Positions 55,921 to 64,000 of a stretch of DNA of 64,000 nt are shown one piece after another. The first letter of the stretch is position 1; each line of letters begins with the position of its first letter. The translations under genes and the position numbers were made by a program. The notes beneath the pieces are model-generated. The model saw only the letters and a program-made list of their open reading frames with translations. It searched no databases and was not told where the DNA came from. The stretch lies in contig JAJVTK010000019.1 in assembly GCA_021622245.1 (NCBI GenBank), positions 2,983 through 66,982 on the forward strand, written 5' to 3'. Origin of the DNA: Segatella copri (GTDB lineage Bacteria; Bacteroidota; Bacteroidia; Bacteroidales; Bacteroidaceae).

Positions 55921-56030
55921 CTAATAGTTTATAGTTAACAGTTTATAGTTAACAGTTATAGTTAACAGTTTATAGCCAGGAGTTTCTGTAGGGCATCTTT
56001 TTTTGATTATGATGCCCCTCAGAAACTCCT
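55921..56030. terminator. Heptamer repeat tract (AGTTWAY) followed by a terminator hairpin
   Basis: Repeats at 55921-55976; AGGAGTTTCTG…GGGCATC / GATGCCC…CAGAAACTCCT stem at 55978-56030. Confidence 0.7.
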
Positions 56031-56038
56031 TACTTTTT

Positions 56039-56494
56039 TCAAGGCAATTTATCCAACTTAATCTTCCAGAGTCCCTTTTCCATACACATCGGCAGTTGGA
56101 AATCAGCCTGTTCTATGAGCTGCGGATCCTGCCCGATGCTGTCCATCTGCAGAAAATTATGAACCGTAAGGGTAACGGTGGCACTTGTTTCATCGTCACC
56201 GAAATCAATATCCGTAATCTCGATGCTGGCATCCTCCGGTTTCTGGCGCAGCAGTTCCACGTCAGTCTCGTTCACATTACTTGCAGCATAGCGCAGCCAG
56301 CGCTCCGATTCCTGGGTGCAATACTTCACGGCTTTCTGGAAATGCCAGTTGAAATAATAGTTGGCAAACGAATCAACATCAGCCTTCAGCTGGTCCTCGC
56401 TGCCTTCGTGAGGTTCACATCCCGAAAGGCTGAATATACTTGCGGTCATGCATGCCACAGCTATGCATAAACCTATCATCGACTTCTTTATCAT
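56039..56494 (-). CDS. Hypothetical lipoprotein (NTF2-like pattern)
   Basis: Hydrophobic leader with LSGC; helix then beta strands ending GLWKI. Confidence 0.65.
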   Translation of the reverse strand: MIKKSMIGLCIAVACMTASIFSLSGCEPHEGSEDQLKADVDSFANYYFNWHFQKAVKYCTQESERWLRYAASNVNETDVELLRQKPEDASIEITDIDFGDDETSATVTLTVHNFLQMDSIGQDPQLIEQADFQLPMCMEKGLWKIKLDKLP

Positions 56495-56607
56495 GATTCT
56501 CAAATCTTAAAAATTCTATTTTTTTGCGATATTTCGGCACAAAGATAGTAAAAAACTTTGTAATAAGAATCTTTTTTGCTAACTTTGCATGGAAAATAAC
56601 AATTAAA

Positions 56608-57411
56608 ATGCTGAAATTTATATCCTTTGGCAGTGGAAGTAGTGGCAATTGCTATTATCTTTACACTGATACGGATTCGATACTGATAGACGTAGGAGTA
56701 GGAATAAGAATATTAAAGAAGCATTTCCATAACTATGGACTTCGTTTCGAGGATGTGCATCACGTCCTCATCACACATGACCACGCCGACCATGTAAAGT
56801 CGGTGGGGAGTCTGAGTACTGACTATCATCTACCGGTATATACGACCCGTAAAGTACATCAAGGCATCGAGCGCAACTATTGTGTTCGAAAGAAGATAGA
56901 GCCTAACCATGCTCATGTGATAGAGAAGAACGTAACTTTCACACTGGGCGAGTTTAAGATTACTCCGTTCGGCGTACCCCATGACAGTACCGACAATGTT
57001 GGCTATTTCGTGGAGTGCGGAGGTGTGAACTTCTGTCTCATCACCGATGTGGGCCATATTACCGAAGAAATGCATGACTTTATCGGTCGTGCCAACTATC
57101 TTGTACTCGAGGCGAACCATAGTGTAGAGATGCTCCAGCAGGGTCATTATCCCCAGTATCTGAAGGATCGCATTCTGGGAGATAACGGTCATCTGAGCAA
57201 CGACGATTGTGGCGAGGCGCTTGCCAATTATGCTACACCGGAGCTTCATCACGTCTGGCTCTGTCATCTCAGCGAGGAGAACAACCATCCTGAGCTGGCA
57301 CGCAAAACCGTGGAGCAGATCCTGCGCAGCAAAGGCATCATAGCCGGCAAGGACTTCCAGCTGGAAGTATTGAAGCGCAAGACACCGAGCGAAATCTTTA
57401 ACCTGGTGTAG
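56608..57411 (+). CDS. Metallo-beta-lactamase-fold hydrolase (YycJ/WalJ-like)
   Basis: GSGSSGNC, THDHADH, PHD, TD.G, LEANH, GHLSN, HLSEENN. Confidence 0.92.
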   Translation: MLKFISFGSGSSGNCYYLYTDTDSILIDVGVGIRILKKHFHNYGLRFEDVHHVLITHDHADHVKSVGSLSTDYHLPVYTTRKVHQGIERNYCVRKKIEPNHAHVIEKNVTFTLGEFKITPFGVPHDSTDNVGYFVECGGVNFCLITDVGHITEEMHDFIGRANYLVLEANHSVEMLQQGHYPQYLKDRILGDNGHLSNDDCGEALANYATPELHHVWLCHLSEENNHPELARKTVEQILRSKGIIAGKDFQLEVLKRKTPSEIFNLV

Positions 57412-57433
57412 GGCAGGTGTAAAACTAAAAAGG

Positions 57434-57477
57434 TAGCCGGATAAGGAGTTATATTGAGTTAACTCCTTATCCGGCTA
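57434..57477. terminator. Hairpin between convergent genes
   Basis: TAGCCGGATAAGGAGTTA…TAACTCCTTATCCGGCTA perfect stem. Confidence 0.8.
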
Positions 57478-57843
57478 TTTCATGAATACGAAATAAACGG
57501 CTGCAATCAGGCAGCAGAAGGCTGCGAAATGATTCCAGTGCAATCCCTGTCCCTGGAAGAGGATATTGGCGATGATGGCGAAGACGATAAGCGATACGCA
57601 TTCCTGTATCACCTTGAGCTGGACCAGATTAAACGGTCCGCCATTATCCACGAAACCGATGCGGTTGGCTGGTACCTGACAGCAATATTCGAAGAAGGCG
57701 ATGGCCCAACTGAAGGCGATGACACCGATAAGAGGCCAGTTGCTGCTCACGCCCGTTTGTTGCAACTTGAGGTGTCCGTACCAAGCCAGCGTCATGAAGA
57801 TGTTGCTCAGCACCAATAATAATATAGTATACAATCCGTTCAT
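57475..57843 (-). CDS. Small DMT-superfamily membrane protein
   Basis: SNIFMTLAWYGHLK, SW.IAFFEY..QVPANRIG, QLKVIQE. Confidence 0.85.
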   Translation of the reverse strand: MNGLYTILLLVLSNIFMTLAWYGHLKLQQTGVSSNWPLIGVIAFSWAIAFFEYCCQVPANRIGFVDNGGPFNLVQLKVIQECVSLIVFAIIANILFQGQGLHWNHFAAFCCLIAAVYFVFMK

Positions 57844-57992
57844 AATCTTATCTTTTTTGCGGGTGCAAAGGTAATATATTTTTTTTAACCCTCCAAATCT
57901 CAGGGAAGTTTCATTTCGTTTTTGTTTTGATATGGTTGTTTTTGGCAGATAAATCTCCGATGTTCTGATATTTATCTCCGAAATATAAGTGT

Positions 57993-58077
57993 GCTGTTTG
58001 CGTATGGCCAGTAGGCTGTTTGGGGCGAACAGCCGACTAGCGGAATAGGGAACAGTCAGCTGTTCCTATAAGACAGT
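57993..58077. repeat. Degenerate 22-bp-period array (AACAG-N4-CTGTT-like)
   Basis: GCTGTT at 57993, 58015 and 58059; ACAG at about 58029, 58052 and 58073. Confidence 0.5.
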
Positions 58078-58146
58078 CATCGCAGATAGGAAAACCAGAT
58101 TTCCCAATCCTATCAATATGATTTATGTTTAGCATTCTGCAAAAAT

Positions 58147-58417
58147 CTCTTCACTCTTCACCTTTCCTCTCAAATCCCCTGTGTTTATCGGCATTTCGGG
58201 AGGTGAAGAGTCATCAGCAACTCTTCACCAACTCTTCACCACTCTTCACCTGGACTCAAAATCGATAGGTAGATGTGTATCCTCCTTTATGCGTTGATGT
58301 GTAGAAGTATATGGGTGAAGAGTGGTGAAGAGTGGGTGAAGAGCTGTTGCGAACTCTTCACCCCCGCCAACCTCCCTGTTTATCGGTGTTTCCAGGGGTA
58401 AGGTGAAGAGTGAAGAG
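58147..58417. repeat. Mirror-symmetric element built from 12 CTCTTCAC/GTGAAGAG motifs
   Basis: Forward copies at 58147, 58154, 58221, 58232, 58242, 58354; reverse copies at 58203, 58315, 58325, 58336, 58403, 58410. Confidence 0.85.
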
Positions 58418-58609
58418 TATTTCCGTGTTTGCGTCCACATAATATTTATCGGTCAGGATTATGATATGACAACCTTGCTGTATCAGGATTGATTCGCATA
58501 ATCCTTTAAATTTCAGTGTCCTCAGCCATTTTCTTTCAGATTTTCTTGCGAGTTCCAATCTTTCTTCGTATCTTTGCCGTGTCAGTTATTCATTTTAATA
58601 AGGAGCAAT

Positions 58610-60850
58610 ATGATGGTACATCGAGATAAGATATTATGTTTTTTGATTTTATTCTGCTGCTTCATAGTTCATACTCCTCTGCAAGCCCAGCAGTCACGCA
58701 AGAAGGTGGGGCTCGTTTTGGGTGGAGGTGGTGCCAAGGGTGCGGCTGAAGTAGGTGTGCTCAAGGTGCTGGAAGAGGCTGATATTCCTGTAGATTATAT
58801 TGCCGGAACCAGTATCGGTGCCATCGTGGGCGGACTCTATGCCATCGGCTACGATGCTGCGGATATTGATAGCCTCTACCGTAACCAGAACTGGCTTTTC
58901 CTTTTGAGCGACCAAGTGAAACGTGAATCGGAAACCTTTCTTTCTAAAGAAGAAAGGGAGAAATATATCGTTCATATTCCTCTTTCCAAAGAGAGGAAGG
59001 TCTCGTTGCCAACCGGTTATGTGAAGGGGCAGAATATCTTTAACCTTTTCTCTAAACTTACCGTGGGGTATCATCAGGTAGATGATTTCTCCAACCTGCC
59101 TATTCCTTACCGTTGCGTGGCGGTAGATCTGGTAGAAGGCAAGGAGGTCGTGTTTTCATCGGGCTCGTTGCCATTGGCGATGCGTGCCAGCATGTCGATA
59201 CCGGGCGTGTTTGCTCCGGTAGAATGGAAAGGGAAGATGCTGGTGGATGGCGGCGCCTTGAACAATCTGCCGGTTGATGTGGCAAAGGAAATGGGAGCGG
59301 ATGTGATTATCTGTGTAGATTTGAGTACTGGTTGGAAGAAGAAGGAAGAGTTGAAATCGGCTTCTTCTGTTGTTGAACAGCTCATAAGTATGATGGGGCA
59401 GAACAAATACCGGAAGAATATGGCTGAAGCCGATCTTTATATCAATCCTTCTCTGAAAGGTTATTCGGCAGCCAGTTTCCAATCTGAAGCCATTGATACC
59501 ATGATACAGTGGGGAGAACAGGCTGCCCGCCAGAAATGGGATGAGCTGATGGCTCTGAGAAAGTATATCTATGCTGATGCTTGTGATTCCGTTGCATCTG
59601 ATGATACATTACAGGAAAAGAAACGCCTCAAACTGCAGAAACCTTCTCAGACGGAAGCCTATCATATAGGAAGCATCCGGATAGAAGGCATCAGTGGAGA
59701 GGAGGAAAAGTGGATTAGAAAGAAAATTGCTTTACGGGAGAATTCGGAAGTCAGCCCTGAGGAGATTGATGGCACACTTGCTATGCTTCGGGGACTGAAT
59801 ATCTTTTCGCGTGTAGAATACAGACAGTCTAACGAGGAACCTTATGACCTGGTATTCATGCTGGAACCCAACGAATCCAGAAGAATCAGTGTAGGTGCAC
59901 GTTTTGATACGCAGGATCTGGCGAGCGTCATTGCTCAGATATCCAATAACCAGCAGTTCTCTACCCGTCATCACTATGCTTTTACAGGACGCATTTCCCG
60001 TAATCCATATATGGAAATGAAATATGCCTATGGCAACCTTTTCGGAGCGAAAATAGGCATTTCCTATCGTATGGCTCATTATGATTTCGACCTTTATGCG
60101 GACAAACATAAGTTGGATGCCCTGGAGTTTCTTTCGCATTCTTTCGCTGGATTCTATACCCGCGATATCGGTAATTTCAGATTGAAATCGGGAGTGCAGT
60201 TTGATTATTATCATTATCATTCTGATATGTTCGAACGCGACGGAAGCATCCAGACACGTTCGTCAGACCATTTTCTGAACTACTTTGCATCTGTTGTGAT
60301 GGATACTTACGACCGCCGCTATTTCCCGACCCGTGGCAGCCACATACAGGTGCAGGGCATTCTGCATACGGATAACGGAATACATTATGCCGATGGGAAT
60401 CCTTTCGGTGAGGCTGCTTTTCAAGGAGAATGTGCCGTACGTCTCAATTCCAGATTCTATCTGCTTCCTAAGCTCAAGAGCCGTTTTGTGTTTGGCAGTT
60501 CCATACCAGCCATTTATCAGAATTATGCAGGTGGAGTAGCTGACGGTTACTATCTGCCTTGGCAGATGGCATGGGAGAGTGCGCAGCATGTTCATCTGCT
60601 GGAACGCAATGTGGTGACAGGTCAGCTCGGTTTCCGTTATCGGGTAAGAGGCAAGTTCTATCTTACAGCTTTGGGAGAGTATGGCAAGGAAGCCCGCAAG
60701 TTTTCCCATATTCTCATTGGTGATGATTTGTGGGGTGGAGCCTTGAGGGCATCCTATGATTTCGTATTGGGTCCGGTAAGCATTCAGGCTAATTATTCTA
60801 GCCTGGGTAAGAATGTTGGTATCTATATCAATGCAGGTTTCATATTCTGA
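58610..60850 (+). CDS. Patatin-like phospholipase with POTRA and Omp85-type barrel (PlpD-like)
   Basis: GGGGAKG, GTSIG, DGG patatin motifs; C-terminal barrel ending YINAGFIF. Confidence 0.9.
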   Translation: MMVHRDKILCFLILFCCFIVHTPLQAQQSRKKVGLVLGGGGAKGAAEVGVLKVLEEADIPVDYIAGTSIGAIVGGLYAIGYDAADIDSLYRNQNWLFLLSDQVKRESETFLSKEEREKYIVHIPLSKERKVSLPTGYVKGQNIFNLFSKLTVGYHQVDDFSNLPIPYRCVAVDLVEGKEVVFSSGSLPLAMRASMSIPGVFAPVEWKGKMLVDGGALNNLPVDVAKEMGADVIICVDLSTGWKKKEELKSASSVVEQLISMMGQNKYRKNMAEADLYINPSLKGYSAASFQSEAIDTMIQWGEQAARQKWDELMALRKYIYADACDSVASDDTLQEKKRLKLQKPSQTEAYHIGSIRIEGISGEEEKWIRKKIALRENSEVSPEEIDGTLAMLRGLNIFSRVEYRQSNEEPYDLVFMLEPNESRRISVGARFDTQDLASVIAQISNNQQFSTRHHYAFTGRISRNPYMEMKYAYGNLFGAKIGISYRMAHYDFDLYADKHKLDALEFLSHSFAGFYTRDIGNFRLKSGVQFDYYHYHSDMFERDGSIQTRSSDHFLNYFASVVMDTYDRRYFPTRGSHIQVQGILHTDNGIHYADGNPFGEAAFQGECAVRLNSRFYLLPKLKSRFVFGSSIPAIYQNYAGGVADGYYLPWQMAWESAQHVHLLERNVVTGQLGFRYRVRGKFYLTALGEYGKEARKFSHILIGDDLWGGALRASYDFVLGPVSIQANYSSLGKNVGIYINAGFIF

Positions 60851-61001
60851 TTTCCTTAATTGCTGCCCATATAATAAATAAGGTGGGGTTTTCTTTGCCG
60901 AACAAGAATAAATCATTACCTTTGCAGAGGTTTAGAAAACATATAGAATGTATTTTGCAATCTTGAATTTTAGATTATAATAAATAAAAAGAGAGAATAA
61001 G

Positions 61002-62306
61002 ATGAAACTGAGATTTTTGAAATTGATGCTGCTGCTCTTCATCCTGCCTTTGCAGATGTTGGCGGCAGAACTGGGAGTGGCTGGTAAGCAACTGGCTGCA
61101 TTGCCTGGAGTAAGTAACGTGGAAACGCTGAAAAGTACGCATTTCCCAGAAAAGTATGTGTTCTTTATCAAGCAACAGCTCGATGCCAAGGATGCATCCA
61201 AGGGTTATTTCGAACAGAGGGTAGTGCTCTGCCATAGAGGTTTCGACCGTCCTACCGTGCTCGTGACAGAAGGATATAATGCCAACTATGCGTTGCGCGA
61301 AGGATACATCGAGGAACTTTCCAAGCTTTTCGATACGAATATCATTACCGTGGAGTACCGTTATTTCGACAAGTCGATGCCTAGTCCTTGCAACTGGGAT
61401 TATCTTACCGTTGAGAATTCGCTCTATGATCTGCATCATGTAAACCAGACCCTGCATGCGATGTACAAGGGAAAGTGGATTGCTACCGGCATCAGCAAGG
61501 GCGGACAGACCACGATGTTCTACCGTTCTTACTTCCCTGATGATGTAGATATTTCTGTGCCATACGTAGCTCCGCTCAACAAGGGTGTGGAGGATGGACG
61601 ACATGAGAAGTTCCTGCAATATCAGGTATCAACCAAGGAAAACCGACAGAAGGTGCTCGATTTCCAGTTGCTCCTCTTCAAGCGAAAGGCTGCGTTGCTG
61701 CCTATGTTCGAGAAATATTGCAACGATAAGAAATATGTATTCAATGCTCCGCTGACAGAGATTTTTGATTACTCTGTATTCGAATACGCCTTTGCTTTCT
61801 GGCAGTGGGGAGAAGACATCAACAAGATTCCTGCAAGAGAGGCAGATGACAAGACGGTGTTTGATTACTGGATCAATATGTGTGAGCCTAACTATTTCAC
61901 CAATTATAATGCCACAGCCTCATTTGATGTGCAGGCTGCCCGGGAGTTGGGTTATTACGGCTATTATACCAAACCATTCAAGAAATATCTCAGTATCAAG
62001 ACGGCTAAGGGATATCTGAAGAAACTGATGGTGCCAAAGGGAGCTGAAAACGTGAAGTTCTCGCCGGCACTCTATAATCATACGGTAGAGTTCCTGACCA
62101 AGAATGATCCGAAGATGGTTTATATTTATGGCGATATCGACCCATGGGGAGCTTCGGGCATTTATGGCTTACCTTTCACCAAGAACAAGAAGAACCTGCA
62201 TGTTTATATGTGTCATGGCGGTTCGCACAAAACTCGCATCTTGTCGTTCCCAGAGCCTACACGACAGGAAATCATCAGTCTGATAGGTGGTTGGCTGAAG
62301 GAATAA
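61002..62306 (+). CDS. Secreted serine aminopeptidase (PS-10/S37-S28-like)
   Basis: Signal peptide, F.QRV, TEGY, VEYRYF, GISKGG nucleophile, YGDIDPW, GSH. Confidence 0.8.
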   Translation: MKLRFLKLMLLLFILPLQMLAAELGVAGKQLAALPGVSNVETLKSTHFPEKYVFFIKQQLDAKDASKGYFEQRVVLCHRGFDRPTVLVTEGYNANYALREGYIEELSKLFDTNIITVEYRYFDKSMPSPCNWDYLTVENSLYDLHHVNQTLHAMYKGKWIATGISKGGQTTMFYRSYFPDDVDISVPYVAPLNKGVEDGRHEKFLQYQVSTKENRQKVLDFQLLLFKRKAALLPMFEKYCNDKKYVFNAPLTEIFDYSVFEYAFAFWQWGEDINKIPAREADDKTVFDYWINMCEPNYFTNYNATASFDVQAARELGYYGYYTKPFKKYLSIKTAKGYLKKLMVPKGAENVKFSPALYNHTVEFLTKNDPKMVYIYGDIDPWGASGIYGLPFTKNKKNLHVYMCHGGSHKTRILSFPEPTRQEIISLIGGWLKE

Positions 62307-62434
62307 TGCTTTCATCAACCGATTATTATGGATAAAATGAAAGTTTTTATCAAAAAATATCCCTAAAAGTTTGGTGGTTTCAGAAAAATGTATTACCTTT
62401 GCACTCGCTTTTGAAAACAAAGCTTTTTGCAGAG

Positions 62435-62507
62435 GCACCCTTAGCTCAGTTGGTAGAGCAACTGACTCTTAATCAGTGGGTCTAGGGTTCGAATCCCTAA
62501 GGGTGTA
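62435..62507 (+). tRNA. tRNA-Lys (anticodon CTT), CCA not encoded
   Basis: GCACCCT/AGGGTGT acceptor stem, D arm AGCTCAGTTGGTAGAGC, anticodon arm CTGA-CTCTTAA-TCAG, T loop GGTTCGAATCC. Confidence 0.97.
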
Positions 62508-62508
62508 C

Positions 62509-62552
62509 AAAAAACTCCGAAGAATCAATCTTGGTTCTTCGGAGTTTTTTTT
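62509..62552 (+). terminator. Intrinsic terminator after the tRNA
   Basis: AAAAAACTCCGAAGAA…TTCTTCGGAGTTTTTTTT. Confidence 0.9.
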
Positions 62553-62682
62553 ATGTATGTCCGGTATGAGGTAATCACGGCTCCGTGAATGTTGGTGCTA
62601 TATCACAAATTTGCAGAATTTGAGAAAAAAAATAAGTAAGATAGTCTTGCTTTTTCTGTTTTTTATAGTATCTTTGCAACCG

Positions 62683-64000
62683 ATGAATAGAACAGACTTG
62701 ACACAAGGTAGCATTTGGGGGAATATCACGACCTTTCTGTTACCTTATATTTTGGCTTATTTCCTACAGATTCTCTATGGATTGGCCGACCTTTTCGTGA
62801 TAGGTAGATATTGTAATGTAGATAGTACTACGGCAGTATCTAATGGTGCGCAGGTAATGTATTTTGTTACTTGCGTAGTCATCGGTCTGGCTATGGGTAC
62901 CACGGTTAATACGGCTCATGCCATCGGTGCTAAGGATCAGCGCCGGGCTTCCCGGGTTATTGGTAATACTGCTACTATGTTTTTTACCTTGAGTATATTG
63001 CTGGCAGTGGTGTTGCTTTGTTGCCGTGATGGTATTGTCCGCCTGATGGATACGCCACCAGAGGCTGTGGAAGGTACCCGTGATTATCTTATGGTATGCT
63101 TTATCGGCATTCCTTTCATCATGGCTTATAATGTGATAGCCTCTATTTTCCGTGGTTTGGGCGATTCGAAGAGTCCGATGTATTTCGTGGCTGTGGCCTG
63201 TGTGGTGAACATCCTTCTCGACTTTTTCTTTATAGGATATCTGGGCTGGGGTGCCCGAGGTGCTGCATTGGGTACTACCTTATCGCAGATGTTTAGTGTG
63301 ATGGTAGCCCTCATTGCCATCAGGCGTCACCGTGAGGTATTTGATGTTCACAGACATGATTTCCGTCCAAATCGTCAGACGGTAAAAAGTATTCTGAAGA
63401 TAGGCTTTCCGATAGCAATGCAGGATGGTTTCATCCAGTTGGGCTTTCTTGCCATTGCCGTAATTGCCAATGGACGAGGCGTGTATGATGCCGGTGCTGT
63501 GGGTATCGTAGAGAAGTTTATCGGTCTGGTTTTTATCCTTCCTTCTGCTATGCTGTCTACCGTTTCAGCCATCTGTTCCCAGAATTATGGTGCAGGCAAT
63601 GTAGACCGTGTGCTTAAGACTCTGCGCTGTTCTCTTGTCATCATCTTTGGCTATGGCATTCTGATGATTGCCGTTTGGGAGATTTTCCCGGAGGTGGCAG
63701 TGGGTATCTTTACAGATGATCCTGTTGTTGTAGAAAAAGGAGCCGTTTATCTGCAGGGATATATTTATGACTGTCTTTTTGCCGGCATCCACTTCTGCTT
63801 CTCAGGCTTGTTTACAGCCTGTGGCTATTCCATCATCTCTTTTGTCTATAATTTCCTGTCGGTCATCCTGGTAAGGATTCCGTTGGCTTATCTTGCCTCA
63901 ATGATGTATCCTGATACGCTCTATCCTATGGGTATCACTACGTGGCTCGGCTCGCTGTTCTCTGTTATCATCTGTGTGGTTGTATACCGCTGGATGGTCA
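62683..64000 (+). CDS. MATE family efflux transporter (runs off the window end)
   Basis: MNRTDLTQGSIW…LQILYGLADLFVIG, FRGLGDSKSPM, NILLD, GAALGT; no stop seen before 64000. Confidence 0.9.
   Translation, partial: MNRTDLTQGSIWGNITTFLLPYILAYFLQILYGLADLFVIGRYCNVDSTTAVSNGAQVMYFVTCVVIGLAMGTTVNTAHAIGAKDQRRASRVIGNTATMFFTLSILLAVVLLCCRDGIVRLMDTPPEAVEGTRDYLMVCFIGIPFIMAYNVIASIFRGLGDSKSPMYFVAVACVVNILLDFFFIGYLGWGARGAALGTTLSQMFSVMVALIAIRRHREVFDVHRHDFRPNRQTVKSILKIGFPIAMQDGFIQLGFLAIAVIANGRGVYDAGAVGIVEKFIGLVFILPSAMLSTVSAICSQNYGAGNVDRVLKTLRCSLVIIFGYGILMIAVWEIFPEVAVGIFTDDPVVVEKGAVYLQGYIYDCLFAGIHFCFSGLFTACGYSIISFVYNFLSVILVRIPLAYLASMMYPDTLYPMGITTWLGSLFSVIICVVVYRWMV

Noticed and set aside
58246..58558. Short ORFs across the CTCTTCAC element
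   Set aside because: The translations only reflect the DNA repeat (LFTLH, GEE), with no coding evidence.
62435..62640. tRNA-Lys as an integration site
   Set aside because: No integrase nearby, no duplicated tRNA 3' end noticed in the window, and the terminator follows directly.

Overview
A chromosomal window from a Bacteroidota genome, most likely Prevotella/Segatella-like. This is inferred from the TAnnTTTG -7 promoter boxes, the gene content and the heptamer intergenic repeats. The right third is mostly housekeeping (ppx, ppk1, phosphate-type porin, hisB, TrmH-family methylase, TamL/BamA-like protein, MBL hydrolase, patatin-Omp85, peptidase, tRNA-Lys(CTT), MATE). The left two-thirds are rich in accessory genes. 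They hold seven TonB-receptor-like outer-membrane barrel genes with no SusD partner, five of them beside a dedicated regulator (PAS-LuxR, a membrane-anchored winged helix, two ECF/anti-sigma pairs, a two-component system), with candidate operators readable in the DNA. The same region has an ECF sigma factor fused through a TM helix to an outer-membrane beta-barrel, with a repeated promoter motif in front of itself and two neighbours, and an exonuclease-RecQ-UvrD triple fusion behind an AAA/PD-(D/E)XK gene. The window also carries two toxin-antitoxin-like pairs, a collapsed HI0933-family pseudogene, and several structured non-coding elements (22-bp-period palindrome arrays and nested inverted-repeat elements). 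No CRISPR array, rRNA, integrase or transposase was seen. All family calls come from motif recognition by eye; no database search was run.
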